From an uncultured Gammaproteobacteria bacterium (GTDB lineage Bacteria > Patescibacteriota > Microgenomatia > Daviesbacterales > UBA10151): DNA of 64,000 nucleotides. Of the stretch, positions 8,994 to 19,358 are shown piece by piece. Both the position numbers and the translations under genes were made by a program. The stretch's first letter is position 1; each line of letters starts with the position of its first letter. The DNA lies in NCBI GenBank assembly GCA_964394855.1, contig CAYMZD010000002.1:60575-124574 (forward strand). The letters are read 5' to 3'. The notes beneath the pieces were generated by a model. That model did not search any database and was not told the origin of the DNA. It saw nothing but the letters and a program-made list of their open reading frames with translations.

Positions 8994-10402
8994 GTAAGGC
9001 GAGGGAATAATGGTTTGTCTGATTTAATTCGCCCGCTGAATTGTTTTAAGATTTTTTGGGAGGTTTCCGGTAAAAAGGGTTGTAGATTAAAGGCAATTTG
9101 TTGAATTCTTGCAACGTAATCTTCTAAAATCTTTTTTAATTTTTCACCTTCAAGTTCCCAGGGCTTTTCTTCATCGATCTTTTTATCCACTTCGGCAATT
9201 TTCTCCCAGATAAGGGTTAATGCTTCATTAAATTTATACTCAAGTAAGACCTTGCCAATATCATCCCCGATCGTGTAAGGTATTGGCTCTATTGAGAGAT
9301 TATTCTGCTCACAAAGTTTGGCCACGCGGGCTACCAAATTTCCCAATCCATTAGCCAAATCAGCATTATAGGCAGTTTTTAGTTTTTCCTCTGAAGTATC
9401 ACTATCTTCTGTAACAGTGGTATAGCGCATTAAATAATAACGCACAGCGTCCGAGCCGTATTTTTCCACCCAATCTGTCGGTCTAATCACATTACCCAAT
9501 GACTTGCTGATTTTTTGTCCATTAAGGCCTAAAAATCCGTTAACTAAAATGGTTTTGGGAAGCTCCAACCCGGCCGATTTTAGCATGGCCGGCCAAAGCA
9601 GGGCATGCCATCTTAAATTATCTTTTCCCAAGATATGAATATCTGCCGGCCAGAATTTTTCAAAAAGTTTGGGATTTTCCAAGAAGCCAATTCCTGTTAA
9701 ATAATTTGTCAAAGCATCAAACCAAACATACATGATATGGTTTGGCTGATTGGGTACTGGTACCCCCCATTTAAAGCTCGTTCTGGAAATGGGGATATCC
9801 TGAATACCCCCTCTGGCAAAAGACAAAACTTCCTGCCTCTTGCTTTCCGGGAAAACAAATTCAGGATGATTTTCAATGTGGTCAACTAGAAATTCCTGAT
9901 ATTTGCTCCATCTGAAAAAGAAATTTTTTTCGCTAAACTCTTGAATTTCTAAAGTGGGGTGAAACTGGCATTTGCCATGACTTAAATCTTTTTTTGTATA
10001 ATATGCTTCACAACCGGGACAATACAAACCTTTAAAATCACCCAGATAAATATCACCATTTTTATCTACTCTTTTCCAGATTTCCTGGGCCACCTTAGTA
10101 TGATCCGGATCTGTAGTTCTGATAAATCGGTCGTATGAGATATTTAATGAATCTTGTTGTTTCTTGTCTGATTTGGCAATTTCATCAACATATTCTTTAG
10201 TTGGAGTACGAGTCTCTTTCGCTGCCTTTTCTGCCCTTTGCCCATATTCATCAGTACCTGTCAAGAAAAAAACTTGTGTCTTACCCAGCTTGAGTCGATA
10301 AAAACGCGCCAAAATATCGGCCGCGATTTTTTGAAAAGCATGGCCAAGATGGATGGTGCCGTTGACATAATCAATGGCAGTAGTAATGTAAAATTTTTTC
10401 AT
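8990..10402 (-). CDS. metG: methionyl-tRNA synthetase (compact form without C-terminal tRNA-binding domain)
   Basis: HIGH motif (TIHLGHAF), GTDEYGQ, KMSKS variant KISKSLGNVI, Zn-knuckle CPGCEAY...C; 470 aa. Confidence 0.85.
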   Translation of the reverse strand: MKKFYITTAIDYVNGTIHLGHAFQKIAADILARFYRLKLGKTQVFFLTGTDEYGQRAEKAAKETRTPTKEYVDEIAKSDKKQQDSLNISYDRFIRTTDPDHTKVAQEIWKRVDKNGDIYLGDFKGLYCPGCEAYYTKKDLSHGKCQFHPTLEIQEFSEKNFFFRWSKYQEFLVDHIENHPEFVFPESKRQEVLSFARGGIQDIPISRTSFKWGVPVPNQPNHIMYVWFDALTNYLTGIGFLENPKLFEKFWPADIHILGKDNLRWHALLWPAMLKSAGLELPKTILVNGFLGLNGQKISKSLGNVIRPTDWVEKYGSDAVRYYLMRYTTVTEDSDTSEEKLKTAYNADLANGLGNLVARVAKLCEQNNLSIEPIPYTIGDDIGKVLLEYKFNEALTLIWEKIAEVDKKIDEEKPWELEGEKLKKILEDYVARIQQIAFNLQPFLPETSQKILKQFSGRIKSDKPLFPRLT

Positions 10403-10405
10403 TCC

Positions 10406-10777
10406 TTACCTCCTTAAAGACTTAAGTTTAGGTATTTTCATGCTTGATGTCAAACTTTTTTTCTTTTGTTTTTGAAAATAACTGACAAATAAATAAACTG
10501 CCAGTAGAGTTAGCCCAGCTGTGACTAGATTCAAAGCATCAAGGGCTTTTAAAATTAAAAGTAAAATTAATCCAAAAGAAAGAAAAAAAGAGATGGGGGA
10601 TAAGTTAAGTACTAAATTAAAGGAAAAAGATAAAGCCAAAAATAAAGGGATGAAAAAAGCCAGAATTTGTAATAACGAGGCTTGGGTTAAACTTTTGGGA
10701 TATTCCACTTGAAAAATAACATAAGCAAAAATCCCCCAAAACGCTAAAGCCAAAGTGAATTTTAAAATTAAACTCAT
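10406..10777 (-). CDS. hypothetical polytopic membrane protein (123 aa)
   Basis: Four predicted TM helices, Lys-rich C-terminus; no family recognised. Confidence 0.3.
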   Translation of the reverse strand: MSLILKFTLALAFWGIFAYVIFQVEYPKSLTQASLLQILAFFIPLFLALSFSFNLVLNLSPISFFLSFGLILLLILKALDALNLVTAGLTLLAVYLFVSYFQKQKKKSLTSSMKIPKLKSLRR

Positions 10778-10791
10778 GAGTTAATTGTAAC

Positions 10792-12900
10792 TCATGCTCC
10801 AATGACTTTAAATGTGGAGCCTTCTGCATTTTTAGAAACTTCAATACGGACAGGGAACTCCTCTTTTAGCTCATCTAGATGGGTAATAATAATAATTTTT
10901 TCAAAATCATTTTTGATGGCATCTAAAACTTCCACAATTCTCGATCTTCCTTGGGTATCTTGAGTGCCAAAACCCTCATCAATCACCAAAAACTGCAGTC
11001 TGGCCCCGGCTCTTCTTGTTAAAAGCTTAGAGATGGCCAAGCGAATGGCAAAATTAACCCTGAAAGCTTCCCCTCCGGAATATAAATCATAGGGTCTTTC
11101 ACCCATCTCATCGGAAATAATAATATCCAGAGTCTCAATAATATTATCTGTGGTTTTCCCCTCGCGTTGAGTTAAAAAAGCCACTTTCATCCGGCCTTCT
11201 GTCAGTTTATCGAGCAGTTTATTAGCCTCATCCTCAATTTCAGGAATGGCAGTTTCTATAATCATGGCCTGGATGCCTTTTTTGCCAAAAGCCAAAGAGA
11301 GTTCCTCGAAATTTTGTTTTTCTTTTTCGAGAATTATTCTTTCTTCTATTTTTTGTTTTTGTAATTTTTGAAGCTGCATTGATCTGGATATTAACTCCGT
11401 TGCCTGACCAAGTAAGTTTCTGGTTTGTTTCTCCTCTGCTTGCAAATCGTTCAGCCTTCTTTCTTTTTCTGTCAAATCCCCCTCTGTTTTGGGAAGCTTT
11501 TCAAGTTCCAGCTGCAACTTTTCCACTTGTAATTTTTTATTTTTAAATAAATTAAGTAATTCTTCTCTGGTCTTTTTTTCCGTTTCCAAAGAGGCTCTAT
11601 CTTGTAAAATCTGCTCTTTTTGTTTTTGCAAATTTTCCAGTCCTTTCAAAGAGTTTTCCAAATCTTGAAGTTTTTGGGAATCAACTACCAAGGTAGATAA
11701 CACTTTTTCTATTTTTTTAATTTCCTGTTCTTCTTTTTCTGTTTTGATTTCTTGCAACTTTTTTCCTAGTCCCTCTTTCCTAGTTCCTAGTTCCTTGTGG
11801 ACTTTGTGCTTTAAATCTTTGCCAATTTCCTGCCCGCAAGTGGGGCATTTGGCACCCGGCATTGCCAGTTTTTTTAACTCATCTTGCAAATCATCCAATT
11901 GTTTTTGCAGGGTTTTTTTCTGCTCCAATTTAACATTTAGCCCTCCCTGCCAATCTGATAACTCTTTTTGCAGCTGCAGCTTTTCGTTCTGTTTTTTTCT
12001 TAAATCTTCCAGTTCTGTTTTTTCTTTTTGCAATTTTTCTATTCTATGTTCTATCTCTTCAAAATTCTTAATTCTTAAGTTCAAATTCTGAATTCTATTT
12101 GCTCTTTCCTTTCCCTGTGCTATAATCTGTTCCAGCTCTTTTTGCTGATCCTCCAAATTTTGCACAGTCTCTTTTTGTTTTTGTAAATTTTTTAAATCCT
12201 CTTCCAAAAGCTTAATGCTACCTTCAATTCCTTTAACTTTTTCTGTTTGTTCATGCAAGGTCTTCTCTCTCTCCTCTTTTTGCGATAGTTCCGCCTCAAT
12301 TTCCAATAGCTGATATTCCAAAAGTTTTAAGCTGTTTGCGGTCTCTTTAACTTTTTCCCGGGCACGCTCTTCCAGCTGGTCATAATGAGACAAACCCAAA
12401 ATATCTGCCAAAACTCTTTTTCTATCTGTTGGCCCTTTGGTGGTAAATTCATCGGCATGGCCCTGGCGTAAAAAGGAGGAGTTGGTAAAAGTTTCAAAGG
12501 AAAGATGAAGTGCATCAATTATTTTTTGCTGGGTAGTTTTAATGGTACCTTCGGTTAAATTATTTGCTTGTGGTGAGCCTGTCGAACCACTCCAAAATTC
12601 CAAATTACTGGAACCGCCACGGATTAAGCTTCTTTGCCTTTTGACAATAAATTCATGGCCATCCAGTTCAAAGGAGAACTCCACATACATTTCCTTGGCT
12701 CCCAGATGAATAAGCTCATCTGATGAGTCCCCGGCCCTTGACCAGCCCCATAAACACCAGGTAATGGCATCCAACAAAGATGATTTGCCGGCGCCATTGG
12801 ACCCGGAAATTGCAGCCAGTTTAAATTTTGTAAATTTAAGCTCCGGCACATTTTCCCCATAACTGGTAAAATTTGATAATTTCAGTGAAATGGGTATCAT
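10792..12900 (-). CDS. sbcC: SbcC/Rad50-like DNA repair ATPase
   Basis: Walker A ISGSNGAGKSSLLDAITWCLWG; long coiled-coil with central CPTCGQEI zinc-hook; C-terminal signature/Walker B (LQFLVIDEGFGTQD); adjacent to sbcD. Confidence 0.8.
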   Translation of the reverse strand: MIPISLKLSNFTSYGENVPELKFTKFKLAAISGSNGAGKSSLLDAITWCLWGWSRAGDSSDELIHLGAKEMYVEFSFELDGHEFIVKRQRSLIRGGSSNLEFWSGSTGSPQANNLTEGTIKTTQQKIIDALHLSFETFTNSSFLRQGHADEFTTKGPTDRKRVLADILGLSHYDQLEERAREKVKETANSLKLLEYQLLEIEAELSQKEEREKTLHEQTEKVKGIEGSIKLLEEDLKNLQKQKETVQNLEDQQKELEQIIAQGKERANRIQNLNLRIKNFEEIEHRIEKLQKEKTELEDLRKKQNEKLQLQKELSDWQGGLNVKLEQKKTLQKQLDDLQDELKKLAMPGAKCPTCGQEIGKDLKHKVHKELGTRKEGLGKKLQEIKTEKEEQEIKKIEKVLSTLVVDSQKLQDLENSLKGLENLQKQKEQILQDRASLETEKKTREELLNLFKNKKLQVEKLQLELEKLPKTEGDLTEKERRLNDLQAEEKQTRNLLGQATELISRSMQLQKLQKQKIEERIILEKEKQNFEELSLAFGKKGIQAMIIETAIPEIEDEANKLLDKLTEGRMKVAFLTQREGKTTDNIIETLDIIISDEMGERPYDLYSGGEAFRVNFAIRLAISKLLTRRAGARLQFLVIDEGFGTQDTQGRSRIVEVLDAIKNDFEKIIIITHLDELKEEFPVRIEVSKNAEGSTFKVIGA

Positions 12901-12903
12901 GAG

Positions 12904-14046
12904 TTAAAATAATTGTTCGGCAAATTTTAATAGCTCTTTTTGTCTTACCTTATCGTATTGTTTGGCAGAAAAATATTTTTTCAAAGCCTCCAAGGGGGTT
13001 AATCTTTCCACCTCTTCTTGTCCGTCTATTTTTAAACGTTCCTTTCTTTCCACATTCCGGGAAATGCCGGCAATAAAATGAGTATCTTTAAGAGTTTTTT
13101 TAATTAAATCCATTTGCAGGGTTTCATTTAAATCGGCTGGAATATTGATCACAATCCGAACAATTTTATCCATCACTTCGTGTTTTGAGATATCTTCTAA
13201 AACAGTTTGAGTGGGATTTACATCATCTGGTTTTAAATTTACCTCGATTGTCAAAAACTTTCTGGCATTGGTGGGAATAAATTTAAACCCTGTTTTTTTA
13301 CCAGAAATTTCCACCAGGCAAGCTCCTTTTTCCTCTTTCTCTTCCCCAAAATCTATTCTCTGGGGTGAGCCGGAATAAACTACTAATGGGTCTTTACTCA
13401 AAACCTGGTGTTTGTGAATATGACCTAAGGCCACATAATGCAAACGGCGGTCAGTTAAAAGGGATAGAGGGATGGTGACATCATTTTGGATGGCCATGCC
13501 TTTTTCCGACCCAAAACTTGCCCCTTCCACTTCGGCATGGGATAAAAATATGGCAGGGGAGTCAGGTTTAATTTTTTCATACAAAGAGTGAATTTTATCA
13601 CCGATAGTTTTATAGTCATTTTTATGAAGCCAGGGTAAAGTGACAATTTGCAAAGGGCCTGACTTGGTGGGGATTTGTAAAAGCTCCGGTTTTCTGGAAA
13701 CATAAACATTGTTTATTTCTAGGGTAGAGTAAATATCCAAAGTATTGGCTTTTCCCGCTGCATTAGGCGTATCATGATTTCCCACCACCAGAACTACTGG
13801 AGCAAACTTGGCTAATTTTTTTATTCTTTCCCCAAAACCACGTTGTTGAGTGGGGTTGGGGTCGCGGGTTTTATAGGCATCTCCGGCAAATAAAACCGCA
13901 TCAACCTCTTCTTTTTGCGAGAGCTCCACAATAAAATCAAGAGTGGCAAAAAAATCCAAAAGACGGGAGGATAAACCGGTTTCTGGATCTAATCGAGCAT
14001 AATTTTCCATGCCAATATGAAGATCAGAAAAATGAAGGAGCTTCAT
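12904..14046 (-). CDS. sbcD: SbcD/Mre11-like nuclease
   Basis: Calcineurin-like phosphoesterase motifs (MKLLHFSDLHIG, GDAYKTRDPNP, VVGNHD, GHIHKHQ). Start placed at MKLLHF (14046); the track ORF extends upstream to 14139, where it would overlap the neighbouring methyltransferase. Confidence 0.8.
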   Translation of the reverse strand: MKLLHFSDLHIGMENYARLDPETGLSSRLLDFFATLDFIVELSQKEEVDAVLFAGDAYKTRDPNPTQQRGFGERIKKLAKFAPVVLVVGNHDTPNAAGKANTLDIYSTLEINNVYVSRKPELLQIPTKSGPLQIVTLPWLHKNDYKTIGDKIHSLYEKIKPDSPAIFLSHAEVEGASFGSEKGMAIQNDVTIPLSLLTDRRLHYVALGHIHKHQVLSKDPLVVYSGSPQRIDFGEEKEEKGACLVEISGKKTGFKFIPTNARKFLTIEVNLKPDDVNPTQTVLEDISKHEVMDKIVRIVINIPADLNETLQMDLIKKTLKDTHFIAGISRNVERKERLKIDGQEEVERLTPLEALKKYFSAKQYDKVRQKELLKFAEQLF

Positions 14047-14053
14047 GGGCCAA

Positions 14054-14551
14054 TTATACCCGATACAACCAAAAGTCTCCAGACTTTTTATATGGTTTCC
14101 AGTTTTTAAAATGGTAAGTTTGGGTGATAATTTTTGCATCTTTTTTTACCTCTTTTTTTAATTTGTTTTTCAGTTTAGCTACCCCTTCGTGTAAAAGATA
14201 AATAAATATTACATCTGCATCTGATAAATCTTTTTGAAAAATATTTCCATGAAAAAAATTGGCATTTGGTAAATTTCTCTGACGAGCTTTCCACCTGGAA
14301 TATAAAACTCTAATCCAGCTTTGCTCTATGCCGTAAGCTTCGGCCCCCATCCTGGCTGCCTCCAGGACTATTCTGCCGTCACCAGAACCCAATTCATAAA
14401 AATTTTTGCCTTTTAAATTGACAAGCTTTAGAGCTTTTTTAATTTTTTCTTGTTTAGTGGGAACAAAAGGGGCATCAGACCCCGCAAACCAGGACAATCC
14501 AATAAAACAACCAAGTAATACCCCACCCGTGATTATGAATGTTAATTCCAT
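14054..14551 (-). CDS. small class I SAM-dependent methyltransferase with N-terminal TM anchor
   Basis: TM helix, then motif I ELGSGDGRIVLEAARMGAEAYGIE and an acidic post-I loop. Confidence 0.5.
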   Translation of the reverse strand: MELTFIITGGVLLGCFIGLSWFAGSDAPFVPTKQEKIKKALKLVNLKGKNFYELGSGDGRIVLEAARMGAEAYGIEQSWIRVLYSRWKARQRNLPNANFFHGNIFQKDLSDADVIFIYLLHEGVAKLKNKLKKEVKKDAKIITQTYHFKNWKPYKKSGDFWLYRV

Positions 14552-15552
14552 TTAATTATCTTTAAAAGAAAAACTTTTAAAGGCATTAGTTTATCAATTA
14601 GAGTAAATATCCAATAAATGGGCCAATTAAAAACTAAATCATAAGTTCCAAGGTATTCTACCAGCTGCCCGCCATAACCTTGTTTGAATCTATGGAAACC
14701 AAAAAATGGATCTTTGGGATTTGCATCTGGTCCCAAGGCTCCCCACATGTCAAACTTCTTAAGCCCTAATTTTTTTCCCAATTTAATTGCTTCCCAAGCA
14801 ACCAAGTTATTGGCCATTACTTCCGGATGATCTTTGGAAGATCCCCCATAAGGATAATACAGAGTGTCTTTGAAATTTAGCAACATCCAGGCAGTTAGGG
14901 GTTTTTCCTGATAAAAAGCAATCAGTAATCTGGCCATATTGGCATTTTTTAAAGTAAGCCAAGCTTTTCTGTGATAGTTTTCATTGTGGCCATGATAACC
15001 CTGTCTTTGGGTAGTTTCAAAATATAGTTTTAAATAAATTTCAAAAGCTTTGTCATCTGAACATTGTTCTACTTTAACCCCATGTTTCTGGGCCAGCTTA
15101 ATGTTGTATCTGGTTTTAGGGTGCATATTTTTTAAAAGTTCCTCTTCAGATTTAATTAGGTCAATAATAAAGTTATATTTAGTGAATAAAGGTTTGGGGG
15201 AGGGGTGAAAATCGCTTATAACTAGGAACTCAGAACTAGGAACTAGGCTCTCTGGTTCCACTTTGATAAATGCACAATTTTGTTCCTTACCAATTTTTTT
15301 TAAAGCTTGGGCCAGCTCTTTGTCTGGCTGTGGACCTTTGGGTAGATACCCCACGGATTGATTGGTAAATGGAATTTTATGTAATGTTAACTGGAAAGCT
15401 TTTTGCAGTTTGCCATTTGTGTCAAGTCCATATCGCAACACTGGTATTCCCAAACTTTTTCTAAACTCTCCCCACTCCCATGATTGGATAACATGGGTGA
15501 CTAATTTATTATACTTTGCTTTTTGGTTATCTTCTATCAGTCTTAAATCCAC
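14542..15552 (-). CDS. FemAB-family peptidoglycan interpeptide-bridge aminoacyltransferase (FemX-like)
   Basis: Length and pattern (WEWGEFRK, HPKTRYNIKLAQKHGVKV, LYYPYGGSS, ANNLVAWEAIKLGKKLGLKKFDMWG) match the FemABX/GNAT-fold family. Confidence 0.65.
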   Translation of the reverse strand: MDLRLIEDNQKAKYNKLVTHVIQSWEWGEFRKSLGIPVLRYGLDTNGKLQKAFQLTLHKIPFTNQSVGYLPKGPQPDKELAQALKKIGKEQNCAFIKVEPESLVPSSEFLVISDFHPSPKPLFTKYNFIIDLIKSEEELLKNMHPKTRYNIKLAQKHGVKVEQCSDDKAFEIYLKLYFETTQRQGYHGHNENYHRKAWLTLKNANMARLLIAFYQEKPLTAWMLLNFKDTLYYPYGGSSKDHPEVMANNLVAWEAIKLGKKLGLKKFDMWGALGPDANPKDPFFGFHRFKQGYGGQLVEYLGTYDLVFNWPIYWIFTLIDKLMPLKVFLLKIIKWN

Positions 15553-15583
15553 TTGTTATCAATTATAACAGTTGCAGGTTTGT

Positions 15584-16195
15584 TTAGAAGATTTGGATTT
15601 TGGCGGACTGGCGCAAGCTTTGGAATTTTTCTCCAAAGATCTTTGATAATTTTTGTTGACGCACACTGTCTTCTGCCAGTTGTTTAAATTTGGCTGCATC
15701 TGTGGCTTCAGGAACATTGGCATTATCTTCCATAAATTTTTTAACTTCTTCACCAGAGGGAGAAGATTCATTTTCATATAATTTCTCCACCAAAAGTTGC
15801 AACCTGGTTTGACGAATAAACTCATCACGGGTTATCCCTTGCTGTGAAAGTAACATTTCAAAAGTCTCCTTACCCCCATAAGCTGTTTCTGCTTCTTTAA
15901 TTTTGTCGTTGACTTGTGGGGGAGTTATTGAAATCCCTTTTTTGGCAGCTTCTTGCTCCAAGACTTTTTCATTAATCAGCTGATTTAAAATTCTATCTTT
16001 ATAAAGATTATTTAGTCTATTGTTTAGCTCAAAAGCGGAAATGGCTTGACCGTTAACAATGGCTGCCACAAACCAAGATTTTTTATAAAAAACGAGAAGT
16101 AGTAAACCGATCACTAAAAGAGCTACATAGAGTTTCTTGTTTTGTCGGATATTTTTAAAACTGGTTACTAAATTCTGAAATCTTTTTTTAGCCAT
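15584..16195 (-). CDS. SurA-N/PpiD-N-like periplasmic chaperone domain protein (no PPIase domain)
   Basis: N-terminal TM anchor, then a helical domain with the SurA_N-like pattern (AAIVNGQAISAFELNNRL, LINEKVLEQEAAKKGISIT, EFIRQTRLQLLVEKL). Confidence 0.4.
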   Translation of the reverse strand: MAKKRFQNLVTSFKNIRQNKKLYVALLVIGLLLLVFYKKSWFVAAIVNGQAISAFELNNRLNNLYKDRILNQLINEKVLEQEAAKKGISITPPQVNDKIKEAETAYGGKETFEMLLSQQGITRDEFIRQTRLQLLVEKLYENESSPSGEEVKKFMEDNANVPEATDAAKFKQLAEDSVRQQKLSKIFGEKFQSLRQSAKIQIF

Positions 16196-16225
16196 TTTCT
16201 GGATAGTAACAAAAGGGTTGGAAAA

Positions 16226-16912
16226 TTACAATAGGTAAATATCAATAAATTGGGCCCTCCAGCCGGCAGTTTGTGCGTCATCAAAACCTAAATCAATAAT
16301 ATTGCCCTTAATGGCTCCACCAGTGTCCCCAGCTACTGCCACCCCATAACCCGGGATATAAACTTTCGATCGTAAGGGTATAACTTTGGGATCAACAGCA
16401 ATCACACCTTTACCTGCCCTCATACCAATGGCCGTCCATTCATTACAACCCAAACACTTTGAATCATAATGGGTGGCATAAACCCGCATTTTTTTCCAGT
16501 ATTTAATTTCTCCATCGGGAGTTACAAGGGTTTTCCAGACAATTTTAGTTCCCCGGGAAACAATTTTATCTGTGGGAGGGGTAATCTCGGTAGAGACTAT
16601 CTCCCTTTCATATTCTTCCCCTTCAAAAAAGGTAATTTTGATAATTTTTACTCTTTTGCCATCTTGACCTTCTTCTAAAACCTTATCTATTCCCGCTTCG
16701 GTTTCCGGATCATCCCGATAAATGGTCTTTTTAGGAATACTTTCAGTTTGCTCTTCCAATTTAGAGGTAAAACGGGACTCTGTTACCACCGGTTGGGTTA
16801 CGGGAAGAGTGTCCGGCGTACTTGCTTCGACAGTGGTTGGTGTAGTAGAGAGAAAATTTCTCCCCAAAAATATTAAAGCAAAGATTAAAATAGCCCCCAA
16901 ATATCTTTCCAT
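16226..16912 (-). CDS. secreted 3D-domain (MltA/YabE-like) protein with G5 domain
   Basis: Signal peptide; G5-like segment (GIDKVLEEGQDGKRVKIIKITF); C-terminal 3D domain with three conserved Asp (AVDPKVIPLRSKVYIPGYGVAVAGDTGGAIKGNIIDLGFDD). Confidence 0.6.
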   Translation of the reverse strand: MERYLGAILIFALIFLGRNFLSTTPTTVEASTPDTLPVTQPVVTESRFTSKLEEQTESIPKKTIYRDDPETEAGIDKVLEEGQDGKRVKIIKITFFEGEEYEREIVSTEITPPTDKIVSRGTKIVWKTLVTPDGEIKYWKKMRVYATHYDSKCLGCNEWTAIGMRAGKGVIAVDPKVIPLRSKVYIPGYGVAVAGDTGGAIKGNIIDLGFDDAQTAGWRAQFIDIYLL

Positions 16913-16918
16913 TTATTG

Positions 16919-18739
16919 TTAGATGTTTAACCAATCATCCTCATCGGTTTGGTCAATGTCACTATCTCTAAATTGACTACTTGCTACAATCAAATTTTCC
17001 GGAATATCTACTAAAAATCTGGAGACCAAATTATTAGATCTTTTCCCGAAATACAACCTTTGTCTGGTATAAGTTAGATATAATTTATTCATAGCTCTGG
17101 TGATACCAACATAGCAAAGTCTTCGTTCCTCTTCAAGTTCATGCGAGGAGAGCATAGATCTGGAGTGTGGAAATAATCCTTCTTCCATGCCTACCATAAA
17201 AACCACCGGAAATTCCAAACCTTTGGCATTATGCAAAGTCATCAGGGTGACTGCTTCACCTACATCCTTTTTATCATAGCCGCTTTCTACCAAAGCCACA
17301 TTTTCTAAAAATTCGCTTAAGCCGGGAAACTGCTCTGCCACGCTTCGCAGTTCTTTGACATTTTCCACCCGTCCCTTACCCTCCTCGCTACCGTCATCAA
17401 GATAGGTTAAATAACCTGTGCGAGATAGGATTTGGTCTAATAGATCTAATACGACGTATTGATCTAATTGGAGGTGGATTTCGCTGTAAAGCTCCATGAC
17501 TTTGGCAAGTCTTCCTTTACCAATTTTTTCAGCACGTTTTGTGGAGATTGAATCTTGAGGGTTTTGTAATAAACGAAGATAGGAGACCACGTCTTTGATC
17601 TCCCTTCTTTGGTAAAAACTGACCCCACCAACTAATCTATAAGGCATACCAAATTTTAAAAATTGTTCTTCCAAGCTTCTTGATTGAGCATTTGTTCTGT
17701 ATAAAACGACGAAGTTGGATAATGGGGGTTTTAATTTGGAGATGATAAAACTTGCTTCGTCTACCTCATTTCTGGCTTCATAAGTTTCTATTTTTTCACC
17801 TCCGTTTTTATTGGTCCACAGTTTTAAAATGGGATGGGTCTTATTTTTGGAAATAATGCTATGCGCTGCATCCAGAATAATTTGGCTAGAGCGGTAATTT
17901 TGTTCTAGATTAAATACTTTTGCTCCCGGATAATCATTTTGAAAATTAACTATGTTTCTAAAATCAGCACCCCTGAAAGAATATATACTCTGGCTCGCAT
18001 CGCCAACCACACAGATATTTTTATGGCGGTTGCCTAAATACTTACTGATTAAATATTGGGCTGGATTGGTATCTTGATACTCATCAATTAAAATAAACTT
18101 AAATTGAATTTGGTAACGAGTTAAAATCCTCGGATCGGTTTGAAAAAGTTTAATAGTGGAAAGCAGTAAATCATCAAAATCCAAGGCGGAATTTTTTTGC
18201 AGAATTTTTTGGTATTCCAGATATATTTTGGCCACCTGCTCCTGAAAAAATCCTCGGGCATATTGGGGATATTCAAGGGCGGAAATCAACTCATTTTTAG
18301 CAGAAGAGATAGTGGCACGGACGCCATAAGGTGGTGTTTTTTGGATGGGAATATTTAGATTTGCCATGGCTTCTTTAATGGCATCCAAACTATCACTCTC
18401 GTCATAAATGGTAAAACTTTTGGAAAGACCAATTATTTCTCCATCCCTGCGTAAAATTTTGGCGCAAAAAGAGTGGAATGTTCCCATCATTGGTTGGGTG
18501 GGTAAGTTTCCAATTAATTTTTTAATCCGTTCAATCATCTCGCCCGAGGCTTTATTGGTGAAGGTCAAAACCAAAATATTTTCTGGAGGGATTTTCTTTT
18601 GGGAAATTAAATAAGCCACACGGTATGTCAAAGCTCTGGTTTTGCCACTCCCTGCCCCGGCCAAAATTAACACTGGCCCTTCAGTCGCTTTGACTGCTTT
18701 TTGCTGCTCGGGATTTAAATCATCTAAAAGGGAAGGCAC
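16919..18739 (-). CDS. pcrA: UvrD/PcrA-family ATP-dependent DNA helicase
   Basis: Helicase motif I ILAGAGSGKTRALTYRVAYLI, Ia, II (DEYQDTN), III-VI present; 606 aa (compact C-terminus). Confidence 0.85.
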   Translation of the reverse strand: MPSLLDDLNPEQQKAVKATEGPVLILAGAGSGKTRALTYRVAYLISQKKIPPENILVLTFTNKASGEMIERIKKLIGNLPTQPMMGTFHSFCAKILRRDGEIIGLSKSFTIYDESDSLDAIKEAMANLNIPIQKTPPYGVRATISSAKNELISALEYPQYARGFFQEQVAKIYLEYQKILQKNSALDFDDLLLSTIKLFQTDPRILTRYQIQFKFILIDEYQDTNPAQYLISKYLGNRHKNICVVGDASQSIYSFRGADFRNIVNFQNDYPGAKVFNLEQNYRSSQIILDAAHSIISKNKTHPILKLWTNKNGGEKIETYEARNEVDEASFIISKLKPPLSNFVVLYRTNAQSRSLEEQFLKFGMPYRLVGGVSFYQRREIKDVVSYLRLLQNPQDSISTKRAEKIGKGRLAKVMELYSEIHLQLDQYVVLDLLDQILSRTGYLTYLDDGSEEGKGRVENVKELRSVAEQFPGLSEFLENVALVESGYDKKDVGEAVTLMTLHNAKGLEFPVVFMVGMEEGLFPHSRSMLSSHELEEERRLCYVGITRAMNKLYLTYTRQRLYFGKRSNNLVSRFLVDIPENLIVASSQFRDSDIDQTDEDDWLNI

Positions 18740-18795
18740 ATCAACTATTTTAACATATAGACAATTTTTAAAAAGGTTGTTAGTATTTTTAAGTC

Positions 18796-19053
18796 ATGAC
18801 AAAACTTTTAGATTTTTGGGCAGTTTGGTGTGGGCCTTGTAAAATGATGGAGCCTATTTTGGCAGAGCTTAAAAAAGAGCTTGGGACACAAGTAGAATTT
18901 GTAGAAATTAACGTAGATGAAAATCCAAATGAAGCTGCCAAATATGGAGTCATGAGCATACCTACTTATGTGGTTTTAAAAGATGGCAAAGAAGTAGCCA
19001 GAAAAATTGGATATACCCCTAAAGTTGAGATGTTAAAACTACTTTCTATTTAA
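18796..19053 (+). CDS. trxA: thioredoxin (N-terminally short, 85 aa)
   Basis: WCGPCK active site and a cis-Pro segment (MSIPTYVV). An in-frame stop 6 nt upstream of the ATG means the beta1-alpha1 region is genuinely absent. Confidence 0.75.
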   Translation: MTKLLDFWAVWCGPCKMMEPILAELKKELGTQVEFVEINVDENPNEAAKYGVMSIPTYVVLKDGKEVARKIGYTPKVEMLKLLSI

Positions 19054-19358
19054 TGGGCTTTAAAGAACAAGTCATTCAAATAATTAAAAAAATCCCTTAT
19101 GGAAAAGTGACCACCTATGGTACAGTGGCCACATTGGCTGGGCTTCCCAGAGGAGGAAGATTAGTTGGCAGTATTTTACATACAACTAGCGAAAAGCTAA
19201 ATCTTCCCTGGCAGCGGATTATTAATCGTCATGGATTTATTTCCACTAAATGTTTAGAACACCCCAAGGCCTTACAAAAAGTATTACTGCAAAAAGAAGA
19301 TGTGGAAGTAAGTCCAGATTTCATGGTAGACTTGAAAAAGTATGGATGGTGGGGTTAG
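19053..19358 (+). CDS. alkyltransferase-like protein (ATL; MGMT DNA-binding domain with Cys replaced by Trp)
   Basis: IPYGKVTTYG ... PWQRIINRHGFIS matches the YbaZ/Atl PWHRV(V/I)N signature rather than the PCHRV of active Ogt. Confidence 0.6.
   Translation: MGFKEQVIQIIKKIPYGKVTTYGTVATLAGLPRGGRLVGSILHTTSEKLNLPWQRIINRHGFISTKCLEHPKALQKVLLQKEDVEVSPDFMVDLKKYGWWG

Noticed and set aside
14046-14139. Upstream extension of the sbcD ORF (31 extra residues, MQKLSPKLTILK...).
   Set aside because: The extension overlaps the C-terminus of the neighbouring methyltransferase gene on the same strand, and the conserved SbcD N-terminus begins at MKLLHFSDLHIG; start moved to 14046.
11771-15248. A 16-nt sequence (cctagttcctagttcc) present in sbcC (~11771-11786) and as its reverse complement in the FemAB gene (~15233-15248), i.e. 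a distant inverted-repeat pair.
   Set aside because: Both copies are in coding sequence (encoding ELGTR / LVPSS) and are built from a short internal duplication. A single 16-mer match in 64 kb on both strands is about chance expectation. No flanking structure suggests a mobile element.
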